A stretch of 62,643 nt of DNA, counting the filler, from Chiloscyllium plagiosum (lineage: Eukaryota), in assembly GCF_004010195.1 (NCBI RefSeq). It is 5 parts of one record of this genome, joined end to end, with 100 filler letters (N's around TTAATTAATTAA, not from the genome) between each part and the next. Parts side by side here need not be neighbours in the genome. Positions count along the whole stretch, not along the records: positions 9,912 to 37,383 come from NC_057710.1; 4 more parts are not named here. One strand, written 5' to 3'. The notes below the pieces were generated by a model. It did not search any database. It had not been told where the DNA came from and saw only the letters and a program-made list of their open reading frames with translations. This document shows, piece after piece, positions 24,180 to 37,483 of the stretch. The translations under genes and the position numbers were made by a program. Each line of letters starts with the position of its first letter. Position 1 is the stretch's first letter.

Positions 24180-24435
24180 CTTGTGAAATTGACGAACGCT
24201 GATTTATTTCTCACATATCATGGGGAAGAGAATCCTTGACTTAACTGTGCAAAGTGTCCATTTTGAATTCCTGATGAAGGGCATTTGCCCGAAACGTCGA
24301 TTTTCCTGCTCCTCGGATGCTGCCTGACCTGCTGTGCCTTTCCAGCACCACTCTGATCTAGCCTCCATTTTGTATCAGCCCAGTCGGTTTCTCACAATAT
24401 GGTGAGAATAAACCAGCATTCATCAATTTCACAAG
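24180..24435. mobile_element. MITE-like element with ~48-bp imperfect terminal inverted repeats
   Basis: cttgtgaaattgacgaacgctgatttatttctcac ... gtgagaataaaccagcattcatcaatttcacaag. Confidence 0.55.
24268..24300 (+). ncRNA. Minimal hammerhead motif (family A) in a ~100-bp insertion flanked by tccattttg
   Basis: CTGATGA(24271)-A-GGGC attt GCCC-GAAA-CG-TC-GA. Confidence 0.75.
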
Positions 24436-25839
24436 ATCACAGGACCAGGAGGAGACCATTCAGCCCTTCGAGCCTGTCCCACCATTCAATGAGACCATGG
24501 CTGATCTGTGGCCTAACTCCATATACCTGCCTTTGACCCATAATCCCTTAATAGCTTTGCTTAACAAAAAAAAATTGATCTCAGATTTAAAACTGGTCAA
24601 GCATCAATCATCATTTGGAGCGGAGATTTCTAAACATTTACCGCCCTTTGTGTGCAGTCTCTCGGACTACGTTCCCTAGTTTTAGAATACCCATCCTGTG
24701 GAAATGATTTATCTTTACGTGCGCAATATTTATCCTGTTAATATCTTGCAGACTTCAATCAAATAATCCCTTAACTTTCTAAGTTCTAGAGAAAGCAGGT
24801 CTGCTTTTAATAATCTCTCCTCATAACCTAACCCCTGAAGTCAGAGTATCATTCTAGTAAACTTACAGTGCACTCTCTGCAAGGCCTGTCTAACCTTCTT
24901 AAAGTGTGGTGCCCAGATTTGCTCACTGTACGCCAAGTGGGCACTGCCCCCTTGACCTGTCCATCTTCCTTCCCACCGATCTGCTCCACCCTCCTCTCTG
25001 ACCTATCACCTCCACCCCCACCTTCATCTACCTATCACATTCCCNNNNNNNNNNNNNNNNNNNNNNNNNNNNNNNNNNNNNNNNNNNNNNNNNNNNNNNN
25101 NNNNNNNNNNNNNNNNNNNNNNNNNNNNNNNNNNNNNNNNNNNNNNNNNNNNNNNNNNNNNNNNNNNNNNNNNNNNNNNNNNNNNNNNNNNNNNNNNNNN
25201 NNNNNNNNNNNNNNNNNNNNNNNNNNNNNNNNNNNNNNNNNNNNNNNNNNNNNNNNNNNNNNNNNNNNNNNNNNNNNNNNNNNNNNNNNNNNNNNNNNNN
25301 NNNNNNNNNNNNNNNNNNNNNNNNNNNNNNNNNNNNNNNNNNNNNNNNNNNNNNNNNNNNNNNNNNNNNNNNNNNNNNNNNNNNNNNNNNNNNNNNNNNN
25401 NNNNNNNNNNNNNNNNNNNNNNNNNNNNNNNNNNNNNNNNNNNNNNNNNNNNNNNNNNNNNNNNNNNNNNNNNNNNNNNNNNNNNCCACCCCCATTCCTC
25501 TCTCAGCCCCCCCCACCCCTTCTCCCTCCCCAGTCCTGATGAAGGGTTAAGCCTGAAACATCGACTCTCTTGCCCCTTGGATGCTGCATGAGCTGATGTG
25601 CTTTTTCCAGGACTCGGTCATCAAACTTGACCAACTTTCTAAAGTCCAAAAGAGCTCGCTAAAACACCACAGGATGGACCAACAAAAAGAGGCTTCAAAT
25701 TTGCCGATGCGAAAACGTACTGTCCCAGATGGGAACTTTAATGGCTGCTTAAAGACCTCACCTGGGTCAAGGGTCACGGACTGTCCAGGGCTTTGCTCAT
25801 TGCTAAAACTGAAAGTGTTTCAGGGTCAGGTTGGAAGGC

Positions 25840-26450
25840 CAAGATTGCTTTTATTGGTCAGTACGTTGACTATAGGAATTGGAATGTCATGTTGAGCCTG
25901 TATTGAACGTTGTTTGGGCCATTTTTGGAATACTGTGTGCAATTTCGGTCTCCTTCCTATCGGAAAGATGTTGTGAAACTTGAAAAGGTGTACAAAAGTT
26001 TTACAAGGATGTTGCCAGGGTTGGAGGGTTTGAGCTATAGGGAGAGGCTGAACAGGCTGGGGCTGTTTTCCCTGGAGCGTCGGAGGCTGAGGGGTGACCT
26101 TATAGAGGTTTATAAAATCATGAGGGGCATGGACAGGGTAAATAGACAAGGTTTGTTTCACAGGGTAGGGGAATCCAGGGCATAGTTTTAAGGTGAGAGA
26201 GGAAAGATTTAAAAGAGATCGAAGGGGCAACTTTCTCACACAGAGGGTGGTGCGTGTATGGAATGAGCTGTCAGAGGAAGTGGTTGAGGCTGGTACAATT
26301 ACAACATTTACAAGGCATCTAGATGGATATATAAATAGGGATATGTGACAAGTGCTGGCAAATGGGACTTGATTAATATGAAGATGTCTGGTCAGTATGG
26401 ATGAGTTGGACTGAAGGGTCTGTTTCCATGCTGTACAAAATGACTATAAC
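25840..26450 (+). mobile_element. CR1 LINE 3' end
   Basis: LEYCVQFRSPSYRKDVVKLEKV...RRLRGDLIEVYKIMRG. Confidence 0.9.
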
Positions 26451-26662
26451 TAATTTAATAGGTAACACATTGACCTGCAAAACCCACCGAGAAGCCCTCA
26501 TTACTCAAACCCCTGAAGCTGCAAATCTGCCTTGGGGTTCCACTCCAGACTTCCTTCAGTAGCAGTGTGTCCTCTCATGTCTCAGTGCCCAGTTCAAGGT
26601 GCAGTGGACCAGACCTCAACACCATTTGGTCTCGGCCTGGCACCAAGTGGGTCGGGGCTTAC

Positions 26663-26778
26663 TGGGGTCTGCATTGATCGGAGCCATGGCCCCGGTTTTC
26701 CAATGATTGATGTTTTTGAAAGTTGGCACAAAATCCATGGGTTTCCAGTCGATATTGAGAGAATATTGATTGTCAAGC
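26663..26778 (-). other. Candidate exon (116 nt); two frames open
   Basis: ctctctcacactgactgcccag|GCTTG...CCCCA|gtaagc; phase-2 reading LDNQYSLNIDWKPMDFVPTFKNINHWKTGAMAPINADP. Confidence 0.4.
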
Positions 26779-27259
26779 CTGGGCAGTCAGTGTGAGAGAG
26801 AGAACGCTAACAACTATCCACCTGCATTCGCGTAGCACCTTTAGGATCGACAAAGGCCAAGTTACTTCACAAGAGTGTAGTCAAACAATCTGAGCAATAT
26901 TAGGAGATATTTAAAATGTACGAAGAAAATAGATAGGAACATAAGGAAGCTACTTATTCTCCAAGTCTGCTCCACCTGCTCCCTGGTTGATTATGTCAGA
27001 ACCAGCCTTATCTCCATTTTCTTCTACATTGTTGTATCCTTTGGTCCCTTCATTCAGGATTTATTGAGTTTAATCTTGAACATGGCCCATAACTGAGCAT
27101 ACACAAGCCTCTCGGGTAAAGAAGCTCAAATATCCATATCCTTCTCAGAATGATGCAGACTGTGTGATTTATAAACATTAGCATCATTTATTTTGAAATT
27201 TATATGTGGAACCAACAGCGCATTGGTTTTTGCCAGTATGATTTTTTTACACACACTCA

Positions 27260-27875
27260 CAGGATCTGCGCATTGCCGGCTGGGCCAGCATTTATTGCCT
27301 GTCCCTAGTTGCCCCTTGAGAAGGTGGGGGTAAGCTGCCTTCTTGAACCGCTGCAGTCCACCTCTGCGGGTTGACCCACAATGCCCTTAGGGAGGGAATT
27401 CCAGGATTCTGACCCAGCATCAGTGAAGGAACAGCGAAATATTTCCAAGTCAGGATGGTGAGTGGCTTGGAGGGGAGCTTGCAGGGGGTGGTGTTCCCAT
27501 GTGTCTGCTGCCCTTGGCCTTCTAGATGGAAGTGGTCATGGATTTGGAAGGTGCTGTCTGAGGACCTTTAGTGAATTTCCGCAGTGCCTCTTGTAGATGG
27601 TACACATTGATGCTACTGAGTGTCGGTGGTGGGAGGAGGGGATGTTTGTGGATGTGGTGCCACAATCTGCTTTGTCCTGGATGGTTCCAAGCTTCTTGAG
27701 TGTTGTTGGAGCTGCATCCATCCAGGCAAGTGGGGCGTATTCCATCACCCTCCTGACTTGTGCCTTGTCGATGGTGGACGGGCTTTGGGGAATCAGGAAC
27801 TACCTGCTGCAGTATTCCTAGCCTCTGACCTTCTTTTGAAGCCACTGGGTTTATATGGCAAGTCCAGTTCAGTTT
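27260..27875 (-). mobile_element. Second LINE family, ORF2 C-terminus and 3' UTR
   Basis: MEYAPLAWMDAAPTTLKKLGTIQDKA; tail gggcaactagggacaggcaataaatgctggc. Confidence 0.8.
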
Positions 27876-27879
27876 CAGC

Positions 27880-29545
27880 AAAGAACAAAGAAAATTACAG
27901 CATGGGAACAGGCCCTTCGGCCCTCCAAGCCTGCGCCGATCCAGATCCTCTATCTAAACCTGCCACCTATTTTCTAAGGATCTGTATCCCTCTGCTCCCT
28001 GCCCATTCATCTATCTGTCTAGATACATCTTAAATGATGCTATCATGCCCGCCTCTACCACCTCCCTGGGAACACGTTCCAGGTCCCCACCATCCTCTGC
28101 GTAAAGAATTTTCCACTCCACAAAACCTTCCCCTCTCACTGTGAACTCGTGACCCCGAGTAATTGAGTCCCCCATTCTGGGAAAAAGCTTATCTCTATCC
28201 ACCCTGTCTATACCCTTCATGATTTGCAGAGCTCAATCAGGTCCCCCTTCAACCTCCATCTTTCTAATGAAAATAATCCTAATCTACTTAACTTGTCTTC
28301 ATAGCCAGCACCCTCCATACCAGGCAACATCTTGGTGAACCTCCTCTGCACCCTCTCCAAAGCATCCACATCCTTTTGGAAATGTGGTGACCAGAACTGA
28401 ATGCAGTGTTCCAAATGTGGCCAAGCCAAATTCTTATACAACTGTAACACGACCTGCCAATGAAGGGCTTTTGCCTGAAACATCAATTTTCCTGCTCCTC
28501 AGATGCTGCCTGACCTGCTGTACTTCTCCAGCACCACTCTCATCTTGACTCTGATCTCCGGCATCTGCAGTCCTACTTTACTGACCTGCGTTGCCACCTT
28601 CAGGGAACAATGGACCCGAACACCCAGATCTCTCTGTTTCTCCAGCACCACTCTCATCTTGACTCTGATCTCCGGCATCTGCAGTCCTCACTTTACTGAC
28701 CTGCGTTGCCACCTTCAGGGAACAATGGACCTGAACACCCAGATCTCTCTGTACACCAATTTTCACCAGGGCCTTTCCATTTACTGTATAGTTTGCTCTT
28801 GTACTGGATCTCCCAAAATGCATCACCTTGCATTTGCCTGGATTGAACTCCATCTGCTATTTCTCTGCCCTACTCTCCAATCTATCTATGTTCTGCTGTA
28901 TTCTCTGACAGTGCCCTTCACTATCTGCTACTCCACCATCTTAGTGTCATCTGCAAACTTGCTAATCAGGCAACCGATACCTTCCTCCAAATCATTTTTA
29001 TATATATCACAAACAGCAGTGATCCCAGCACGGATCCCTGTGGAACACCACTGGTCACAGGTCTCCATTTTGAGAAACTCCCTTCCACTCTTACTCACTG
29101 TCTCCTGTTGCCCAGCCAATTCTCTATCCACCTAGCTGGAACATCCTGGACTTCATGCGGCTTCACCTTCTCCATCAGCCTACCATGGGGAACCTTATCA
29201 AAAGCCTCACTAAAGTCCATGCATATGACATCTACAGCCCTTCCTTCATCTATCAACTTTGTCTCCTCCTCAAAGAATTCAATTAGATTTGTAAGACATG
29301 ACCTTCCCCACACAAACCAATGCTGCTCATTACTGATAAGCCCATTTTCTTCCAAATGGGAATAGATCCTATCCCTCAGTATCTTCTCCAGCAGCTTCTG
29401 TATCACTGACGTCAGGCTCACCGGTCTATAATTACCTGGAGTATCCCTGCTACCCTTCTTAAACAAAGGGACAAGATTAACAATTCTCCAGTCCTCTGGG
29501 ACCTCACCTGTGTTCAAGGATGTTGTAAAGATATCTGTTAACACC
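27880..29545 (-). mobile_element. CR1 LINE ORF2 (RT domain to 3' end), frameshifted
   Basis: [42 protein letters not shown]. Confidence 0.95.
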
Positions 29546-31309
29546 CCAGTATTTTGGAAGATCTAATTCAAGAACGAACTATACTGTAAATGGGTGACAA
29601 TTGGTCGAGTTGGATTTGTCCTTCTTTATAGGTACAGGGCATACCGGACAATTTTGCACATTGTCAGGAACAGCCTGGCTAGGTAAGATCGAGAAGACAA
29701 ACCTTCAGTACTATTGCTGGGATATTGACTTTGCAGTAAGCTGTGCCTCAAACTATTTCCTGATATCATGGGGATGGACTGAATTGGCTAAAGGCTGGTA
29801 TCTGTGATGCTGGGGACCACTGGAGGAGGCTGAGATGGATCATCCACTTGGCACATCTAGCTGGGGATTGCTGGTGGTTACTGAAAGAATGCTTCCCCGT
29901 ACTGGGGGGGAGACTTGAATTTTAGGACACGGATTGAAGATAATGAGTCGCCCATTTCAGAAGGAGGTGAGGAAATTTATTTAGTCAGTGCCCTGATTCT
30001 CCAGATGAGGCAGAGACAATTACAGATAGGTTCTATCAGTAGTAGATGGATTCTTTATAAACAACAGAGTCAGAGGATCTTGGGGGCTTGGTTGGAAATT
30101 GAGTTGAGGCCACCCATCAGATCAGACGGAATCTTATTGAATGGTGGAGCAGGTTTGAGGGGCTGAATGGTCTGCACCTGTTCCTAATTGTGTCTACGGA
30201 TTGGGGGGAAACTTGACTGTCCTCAATCTCTGGAGCCAGACCCAACAATGTTAATATTGAAATATACCGATGGAAAAAATTCTCCTGGACACAATTGAGA
30301 AATTTTTGTTCCTCTCTGCCTTTGATGCGTGTACTACCACTGTCTATATTTGTACAATTAAAGGCAAACATTATAACTACTTCTGAATTTTTGCACCTCT
30401 CCTGTAACTGCTTTGCAAATTTGCTGCTGAACATCTTTCTGATGAGATCGAGTTCTATAGAAATGAATGAGTAATCTCATGTTACCTTGATTGTTCCTTA
30501 ACTCTGGCCACCTGCTTTTATTCTTTGGTATTTTTTGCCTTCATTGTCATGGAGATAATCTAGAGATCACTACCTTTGATGTTCTTCTTATGAGCTTCTT
30601 CCCAATCTCCCTAAACTCTCGAGACTCTGACTGCAAAACCACATCCATCTCATTGGCACCAGCATGGTCAATGGCCATTGTCTATCCACCCTCCTCCCTG
30701 CAGAAGACTCTGAAGTCGATCAGTGACATCATGGCATCAAGGGGGCACCAATCTATCATCTTGGACTCAGGTCTGCAGCTACAAATGCCTGGATGCCCCC
30801 CTGATAAATAGCAACTCCCCCTCACTATGAAGACTGCAAGATGTAGGAGCCACAGTAGGCCATTCAGCCCAGTGAATCTGCTCCAACATTCAATGAGATC
30901 ATGGCTGATTCTATACAAAACATGGCTTCTCATCTCTGTCCTCAGTGTGTGCCTCCTTATTTTGAGATGAAGCCCTCTGGTCCATGGCTTTCCCACAACA
31001 GGAAACAACTTTTCTACATCTACCCTGTCCGGTCCCCGAAGAACCACAGTGTAAACTCGCAGAAGAGGCAGGTGATTAGCTGAATACACGAATCACTGAA
31101 CTGCAGCAAAATTTCAAAGGTGGGTTCGATTTAATGGTGCACGCACAAGTTTTCTGGGTTTACTGAGACTCACCATTTAATAACGGAGAAGATTAAACAG
31201 TATTTCAAAGGACCGATTAGGAGTCAGGCAAGTGGAGCAATAAATCATCTATGTTCGCAGTGGCATTCTTACCCACCACTGAGAAAGAGTTTGTTCAGGG
31301 CACTTGTGA

Positions 31310-31920
31310 TAGACTCATAGAAATGTACTGCACGGTAACAGACCCTTCAGTCCAACTCGTCCCTGCCAACCAGATGTCCTTAATTAATCTAGTCACATTT
31401 TTCAGCACTTGGCCCATATCCCTCTAACCCTTCCTATTCATATAACCACCCAGATGCCTTTTAAATGTTGTAATTGTACCAACCTCCACCACTTCCCCCT
31501 GGCAGCTCATTCCATACACATACCACCCTCTACGTGAAAACGTTGCCCCTGAGGTCCCTTTTATATCTTTCCCCTCTCACCCTAAACCTATGCCCTCTAG
31601 TTCTGGACTCTCCTACTGTGGGTAAAAGACCTTGTCTATTTACCCTATCCATGCCCCTCATGATTTTATAAACCTCTGTAAGTTCACCCTCAGCCTCCCA
31701 TGCTCCAGGGAAAACAGCCCCAGCCTGTTCAGCCTCTCCCTGTAGCTCAGATCCTCCAATCCTGGCAACATCCTTGTAAATCTTTTCTGAACCCTTTCAA
31801 GTTTCACATCTTTCCGATAGGAAGGAGACCGGAATTGAACGCAATATTCCAAAAGGGACCTAACCAATGTCCTGTACAGCCGCAACATGGCCTCCCAACT
31901 CCTGTACTCAATACTCTGAC
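31310..31920 (-). mobile_element. CR1 LINE 3' end
   Basis: LYRTLVRSLLEYCVQFRSPSYRKD. Confidence 0.9.
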
Positions 31921-32304
31921 CACGCAGTCCATGTGCTGTAGCTTGACCCACAATGCCCTTAGGAGGCGGACCTCAAGGTGGTCCAGGCAAGAACCATTGG
32001 AAGATGCACTTAAAGGACATTTGGCCATTTTCTGCAGTGCATCATCTCGAAGGTACACACTGCTGCTACTGTGCTGGTGGTGAAGGGACTGAACTTTTAA
32101 TGTGATGGATGTGATGCGATTAAGTATTCTGCTCTAAAGAGATGTGAGGATCAGCGAGACCTGAGTGCACATGTTCATAAGTCACTAAAGGAAGCAGAGC
32201 AGGTAAAGAGAGCTGCTAATGCCGCATGTGGTATTCTAGGTTTCATGAATAGATGCATAAGGTTATGCTGAACCAAGACTGGACTCAGTTGGTCCATAGT
32301 TTCG

Positions 32305-32994
32305 ACAAAAATGAGGACTGCAGATGCTAGAGATTAGAGTTGAGAGTGTGGTGCTGGAAAAGCACAGCAGGTCAGGCAGCATCGAGGGGCAGGAGAATCG
32401 ACGTTTCAGGCAAAAGCCCTTCATCAGGTCTAGAGTATACCCCTCTCATTGCCACACTTCAGGAATGATTTGCAGACGCTGGTGTTGGACTGGGGTGGAC
32501 AAAGTTAAAAATCACACAACACCAGGTTATAGTCCAACAGGTTTATTTGGAAGCACTCGCTTTTGGAGCGCCGCTCCTACATCAGGTGGTTGTAGAGAAT
32601 AAGATTGTAAGGCACAGAATTTATAGCAAAAGTTTACAATGTGATGTAACTGAAATTAAGTATTGAAAAAGACCCGGATTGTTTGTTAAGTCTCTCATCT
32701 TTTAGAATGACCATGTTGGTTTCAGTTATTTCACATGTAAATTGCAAAGCCTTTTTTAAAAGTTACATTCTTAAATGAACTTTAACAATTGGTGTCATAT
32801 CAGCCCAGATAAGGTATTCAAGGTGTTAGCTTCCCTGTGTGAGGCTGTCTATGCCACAATTCTGGATCAGTGGTGCTGGAAGAGCACAACAATTCAGGCA
32901 GCATCCGAGGACAGGCAAAATCGACGTTTCGGGCAAAAGCCCTTCATCAGGAATAAAGGCAGAGAGCCTGAAGCGTGGAGAGATAAGCTAGAGG
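32305..32994 (-). mobile_element. Cluster of three PLE terminal repeats (A, B, A); intact family A core at 32921-32953
   Basis: tcgacgtttcgggcaaaagcccttcatcagg is the reverse complement of CTGATGA-GGGC/GCCC-GAAACGTC. Confidence 0.85.
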
Positions 32995-33579
32995 NNNNNN
33001 NNNNNNNNNNNNNNNNNNNNNNNNNNNNNNNNNNNNNNNNNNNNNNNNNNNNNNNNNNNNNNNNNNNNNNNNNNNNNNNNNNNNNNNNNNNNNNNNNNNN
33101 NNNNNNNNNNNNNNNNNNNNNNNNNNNNNNNNNNNNNNNNNNNNNNNNNNNNNNNNNNNNNNNNNNNNNNNNNNNNNNNNNNNNNNNNNNNNNNNNNNNN
33201 NNNNNNNNNNNNNNNNNNNNNNNNNNNNNNNNNNNNNNNNNNNNNNNNNNNNNNNNNNNNNNNNNNNNNNNNNNNNNNNNNNNNNNNNNNNNNNNNNNNN
33301 NNNNNNNNNNNNNNNNNNNNNNNNNNNNNNNNNNNNNNNNNNNNNNNNNNNNNNNNNNNNNNNNNNNNNNNNNNNNNNNNNNNNNNNNNNNNNNNNNNNN
33401 NNNNNNNNNNNNNNNNNNNNNNNNNNNNNNNNNNNNNNNNNNNNNNNNNNNNNNNNNNNNNNNNNNNNNNNNNNNNNNNNNNNNNNNNNNNNNNNNNNNN
33501 NNNNNNNNNNNNNNNNNNNNNNNNNNNNNNNNNNNNNNNNNNNNNNNNNNNNNNNNNNNNNNNNNNNNNNNNNNNNNNN

Positions 33580-36170
33580 CCAATCTTCGTGTCATCTGCA
33601 AACTTACTGATCATACCAACAGTGCCTTCTTCCAGATCATTTATGTATATTACAAACATCAGTAGCCCCAATACTGACCCCTGTGGAACACCACTGGTCA
33701 CCTTTCTCCATTTCGAGAAACTCCCTTCAACTACTACTCTCTGTCTCCTGTTGCTCAACCAGTTCTTTATCCACCTAGCTAGAACACGCTGCATACCATG
33801 TGACTTCACTTTCTCCCTTAGTCTACCGCAGGGAACCTTATCAAATGCCTTACTAAAGTCCTGTATATGACATCAACAGCCCTTCCTTCATCTATCAACT
33901 TGGTCACTCCCTCAAAGAACTCTATTAAGTTGGTAAGGCACGATCTTCCCTGTACAAAATCATGTTGCCTATCACTGATAAGCCCATTCTTTTCTAAATA
34001 TAAATAGGTCCTATCCCTCAGTACCTTCTCCAGCAACTTCCCCACTACCAACATCAGGCTCACTGGTCTGTAGTTACCTGGAATATCCTTACTACCCTTC
34101 TTGTACAGGGGGACAACATGAGCAACCTTCCAGTCCTCTGGCACCTCCCCTGTATTTAAGGATGTCACAAAGATTTGGCTATTTCCTCTCTTGCCTCCCT
34201 CAGCAACCTGGGATAGATCTCAACCGGTCCTGGGGATTTGTCCACCTTAATAACCTGTAGCATATCCAATACATCTTCCCTACTTATGCCAACGTGATCC
34301 AGACTAATCGAACGTCTATCTCTAATCTCAAGATTCATCATCTTCCTCTCCTTTGTGAACACTGATGCAAAGTAATCATTCAGAATCTCACCCATTCTCT
34401 CAGATTCAGTACACAGCCTTCCTTCATTATTAGATTACATTACAGTGTGGAAACAGGCCCTTCGGCCCAACAAGTCCACACCGACCCGCCGAAGCGAAAC
34501 CCACCCATACCCCTACATTTACCACCTTACCTAACACTACAGGCAATTTCGTATGGCCAATTCACCTGACCCTGCACATCTTTGGATGGTGGGAGGAAAC
34601 CGGAGCACCCGGAGGAAACCCACGCAGACACGGGGAGAATGTGCAAACTCCACACAGTCAGTCGCCTGAGGCGGGAATTGAACCCGGGTCTCAGGCGCTG
34701 TGAGGCAGCAGTGCTAACCACTGTGCCACCGTGCCGCCCACCAATTATCTTTTAGTTTTCTCTAGTTCTCCGCTTGCTTCTTATATAAGAATAAAATGCT
34801 TTGGGATTCTCCTTAATTCTGTTCTCTAAAGCAATTTCATGACCCCTTTTAGCCCGCTTGATTTCTCCTGTCATCCACCGTTCATGAATCTTGCCCTTCC
34901 TATCCTTTGCCTTCAACGGGACACGCCTATCCTGCACTATCTTTAACTTATCTTTGAAAGCCTCCCACATATCAAATGTGGACTTCCCTTCAAATAGCTG
35001 TGTCCAATCCACATTTCCCAGCTCCTGTCTAATTTTGATATAATTGGCCTTGGCCCAGTTTAATATTCTTCCCTTAGGACCACTCTCTTCTTTATCTACG
35101 AGTATTCTAAAACTTACAGAATTGTGGTCACTGTTCCCAAAGAAATCCCCCACCACAACTTCTACCACCTGTCCTGGCTCGTTCCCCAGTACCAGGTCCA
35201 ATGTGGCCCCTTCCCTCGTTGGACTATTGACATACTGCTCTAGAAACTCTCCTGGATGCTTCTTACAAATTTTACCCCATCCAGACCTCTGACGCTAAGT
35301 GTATTCCAGTCAATGTTGGGAAAATTAAAGTCTCCCATCACCACTACCCTATTGCCTCTTCATCTTTCCATAATCTGTTTACCTATTTGTTCTTCTACCT
35401 CACGCTCACTGTTGGGAGGCCTGTAATACAGCCCCAACAATGTAACTGCACCCTTCTTATTTCTCAGCTCCACCCATAATGCCTCACTACCCAAGACTGC
35501 TATAGTGTCTCCTTTAGCACAGCCGTGATATCGTCCCTGACCAGCAATGCAACTCCACCCCCACCTTTTATTTCCTTCCCTGTCCTGTCTGAAGCGTCTA
35601 TATCCTGGAACATTTAATTGCCAATCATCATGCCCTTCCTTCAACCAAGTCTCTGTGATGGCAATGATGTCATGCTCCCAGGCACCAATCCAAGCCCTAA
35701 GTCCATCTGCCTTACACACTGTACTCCTTGCATTAAAGTAGATGCATTTCAGGCCACCAGTTCTTTGCACTCACCTGCTCTCTGCCTACTCTTCCCTTTA
35801 TTAATACTATCTTCATGATTCTTACAGTCTCCATTCTCCACCTCACTGCCTACTTGCTTTCTCTTCTGGTTCCCTGTCCTCCGCCACATTAGTTTAAAAC
35901 CTCCCAAACAGCAGTAGCAAAAACTCCCCCAAGGACATTGGTTCCGGTCTGGTTCAGATGTAGACCGTCCATTTTGTAATAGTCCCACCTTCTCCAGAAC
36001 CGGTCCCAATGTCCAACCAATCTGAACCCCTCCCTCCTACACCATCCCTCAAGCCACGTGTTCATCCTGCCTATTTTTTCATTTCTACGTGGCACTGGTA
36101 GTAATCCCGAGATCATAACCTTTGAGGTCCTTCTCTTTAACTTCTCTCCTAGCTCCCTGAATTTTGCTTT
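33580..36170 (-). mobile_element. Long CR1 LINE piece: ORF1 SGNH esterase C-terminus, APE endonuclease, RT (decayed)
   Basis: [48 protein letters not shown]. Confidence 0.95.
34430..34742 (-). mobile_element. Full-length, apparently young HE1 SINE nested in CR1
   Basis: Complete head gggcggcacggtggcacagtggttagc, V-domain and tail. Confidence 0.95.
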
Positions 36171-36173
36171 CAG

Positions 36174-37225
36174 TATGTGTGCATGTGGGTGTGCATGTGG
36201 GTGTGTGTGTAGGGGGTGGGGTGGGGGTGTTATGAGTGTCTGTGAGAGGGCGTGTGTATGACTGTGAGTGTGAGTTTAATGGGGAGTGTAAAGGAGCTGA
36301 AAAACTACGCCATGTTCTTCGCAGCCTGCAACACATTATCAGTGAGGATGAGCACCTCACCAAGACCTTCCCCTCACCTCCACTTCTCACTTTAAACAGC
36401 CACCAAACCTCAAACAGATCACTGTTCTTGACAAACTGCTCGGCTTTCAGGACAGTACCATATGACCCGGTCACGGTAGACGCTGCAAGACGTGTCAGAA
36501 TGCTGACATGGATACCGCCATTACACATGGGGACACCTCCCACCATGTACGTGGCAGGTATTCATGTGACTCAGCCAACGTTGTCTATCTTATACGTTGC
36601 AAGCAAGGATGCCCGGAGGCATGGTACATTGGCGAGACCAAACAGAGGCTATAACAACGGATGAATGGGCACCGCATGACAATCAACAGACAGGAGGGTT
36701 CCCTCCCAGTTGGGGAACACTTCAGTGGTCCAGGACATTCAGCCTTGGACCTTCGGGTGACCGTCCTCCCAGGCGGACTTCAGGACAGGCAACAGCGAAA
36801 AGTGGCCGAGCAGAGGCTGATAGCCAAGTTCCACACCATAGGGAGAGCCTCAACCAGGACCTTGGGTTCATGTCACACTACAGGTGACCTCACTGCAGTA
36901 TATGCACACACACACAGATGGACACACACATACACACTCAGACCCTCTCTCACACACTCACACATACACTCCAACACACACTCTCTCACAGGCTTAAACC
37001 CCTTTACACTCACACACACATACATGCGCCCTCTCACAGACACTCATAACACATCCCCCCTCCCCCCCACCCCCCCCACCTCACACACACACACACACAC
37101 ATATATATATGTTTGTGGGGTGAATTTGTACTTGCAGAATTACATTTTACTTTGCTCAAAAGCTGCATGAATCTATGTAAGATTCTGTAAATCCGTTTTT
37201 TAGATTACAATCAGTCTGACCATTA
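36174..37225 (+). mobile_element. Penelope-like element 3' part with GIY-YIG endonuclease (pseudogenised) and inverted 5' segment
   Basis: NVVYLIRC...WYIGETKQRL..RMNGH...VGEHFSGPGHS...AEQRLIAKF (~36283-36890); the 3' UTR matches family B cassettes. Confidence 0.9.
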
Positions 37226-37383
37226 CAGAACCTCATCACCTCAGGAGATCTCCCACCCACAGCTTCCAACCTCATAGTCCGGGAACCCCGCACTGCCCGG
37301 TTCTACCTCCTTCCCAAGATCCACAAGCCTGACCACCCTGGCCGACCCATTGTCTCAGCATGCTCCTGCCCCACCGAACTCAT
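37226..37383 (+). mobile_element. Penelope-like RT N-terminal fragment
   Basis: RTARFYLLPKIHKPDHPGRPIVSACSCPTEL. Confidence 0.9.
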
Positions 37384-37483
37384 NNNNNNNNNNNNNNNNN
37401 NNNNNNNNNNNNNNNNNNNNNNNNNNNTTAATTAATTAANNNNNNNNNNNNNNNNNNNNNNNNNNNNNNNNNNNNNNNNNNNN

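Noticed and set aside
31173..31278. Minus-strand segment with a good acceptor and a gtgagt donor
   Set aside because: Stops in all three frames and no linked evidence
34680..34742. tRNA-like A/B boxes at SINE heads
   Set aside because: These are SINE internal promoters, not tRNA genes
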